From NCBI RefSeq assembly GCF_009914755.1, contig NC_060926.1: DNA of 64,000 bases; one strand, written 5' to 3'. The notes below the pieces were generated by a model. It did no database searches and had not been told where the DNA came from. It saw nothing but the letters and a program-made list of their open reading frames with translations. Position numbers and translations under genes: made by a program. The stretch is from the human T2T-CHM13v2.0 reference genome, Homo sapiens. Numbering within the stretch: the stretch's first letter is position 1; each line of letters opens with the position of its first letter. This document shows, piece by piece, positions 62,605 through 64,000 of this stretch.

Positions 62605-63604
62605 AGAAATGCTATTTTTTTAAAGCCTTCTCCCACCTGTTCTACAGATGAATTCTGAATGTTTTCTAATATATCCTTGTTTCTCATCATCCTAGGAATA
62701 GCTACCAATTATGAGCACCCACTGTGGTTGGCTGTGCACTGGGTGGCTTATGAACTTTACCCCTCATCCCTACAACTGCAGCGTGGGCTATTTCATAGAT
62801 TAGGACATGATGTGTAAGTAACTGGCTCAAAGCCCTCCATCTAGTAAGTTTGCCAGTATATCATCAGTTCATAGTAAACTAAAAAAATGTCTACTTTATC
62901 CAAACTTTTTCATTTATAAACGAATTTGTGTCACCTGGTATGTCTTAGATGTGATTTGAGACTTTTTGTTGTTGTTGACATAGCTTTAATAAAATTAACA
63001 TAAACTGTGACTTTGTATAGGCTAGGAGGAAGGAGAGACTGAGGAGTACTATGTTTGGAAGGAAAGCTGAAGGTAGGGCAGCCGGATGGTTAGCTTTGCA
63101 GATACAAGGCCAGTGAGAAGAAAACAGCTAGTTCGATATTTTGCTTAGGATTAAGCCCTGATGGTTGGATACTAGCCATCTGGGGGGTGGTGGGTGGGGA
63201 ATCCTTTTGGGAGAACGGACGGAGTGTGGGAATGAGGCCCTGGCCAGGCAGATGTGTGCCAGTCTGACACTGTTCATTTCTTCTGTTGTTTATGCCAGTT
63301 CAGGCAACACGGAAGCTGTGTCTGTTTCTCCTGTCATTGTAAACGTAGCCCTGGTCTTTCAAAAAGCTGTGGTTGTGTGGGTCTTTAAGGTATTCCTTCA
63401 GTAATTGTGGTGGCCACTATTTCATTTAAGGAGTTAGCATCTTATAAAGAAAAATCTGTTTTCTCAAGGCTCTATAGTAATGATATTTTGTTTAAGTTTG
63501 TCCAATATGGTATTTAGTTCTTCCTATTAAGGAGGAGTCTCTAAACTTCAGTCTGTGGGCCAAATCTACCTCCTGTTTCTGTTTAATTATTTTATTGGGG
63601 GGGT

Positions 63605-64000
63605 GATATTTATCCCCTCAAGCATTTATTCTTTATGTTACAAACAATCCAATTATATTATTTTAGTTATTTTTAAATGTCCAATCTAATTATTATTGAC
63701 TGTAGTCACCCTGTTGTGCTATCAAATACTAGGTCTTATTCATTCTTTCTAACTAATGTTTTTGTACCCATTAACCATTCCCTTCCCATTCCCCATCTCA
63801 CCACTACCCTTCACAGCCTCTGGTAACCATCTTTCTACTCTCTGTGTCCATGAGTTAAATTGTTTTGATTTTTAGATCCCAAAAATAAGTGAGAACAAAT
63901 GATGTTTATCTTTCTGTGCCTGGCTTATTTCACTTGACATAATGATCTCCAGTCCCATCCATGTTGTTGCAAATGGCTGGATCTCATTCTTTTTTATGGC
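63605..64000 (-). mobile_element. L1 (L1PB/L1MA-type) 3' region, continuing past the window end
   Basis: CTCAAGCATTTATTCTTT...GTCACCCTGTTGTGCTATCAAATACTAGGTC...CCTGGCTTATTTCACTT. Confidence 0.88.

Overview
Repeat-dense primate (very probably human) intronic DNA with no protein-coding exon that I can support. One short + strand exon (about 52929-53043, ending TAA|GTAAGT) matches, from memory, the 5' UTR first exon of the LIMS1/PINCH1 mRNA. The window would then be the 5' intronic part of LIMS1 (or a paralogous duplicate), transcribed left to right. The rest is about 40 Alus (mostly antisense), old L1M/L2 fragments, three sense-oriented ERV solo LTRs, MaLR LTRs, a near-full-length Tigger1 with a decayed transposase ORF, MER6 and Charlie1 remnants. 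Most ORFs in the track are Alu-derived, low-complexity or short chance ORFs. The most unusual structure is a ~1.3 kb degenerate AT-rich palindrome (15889-17177, centred at 16406/16407). It carries two inverted copies of a 65-bp unique segment whose apparent donor lies ~1.8 kb downstream (18405-18483), plus nested perfect hairpins. Two further short dispersed local duplications (29340/29795 and 37321/38368) suggest similar templated insertions. I found no evidence of a new multi-gene system. Repeat subfamily names come from recall of consensus sequences, not a database search, and repeat boundaries are approximate.
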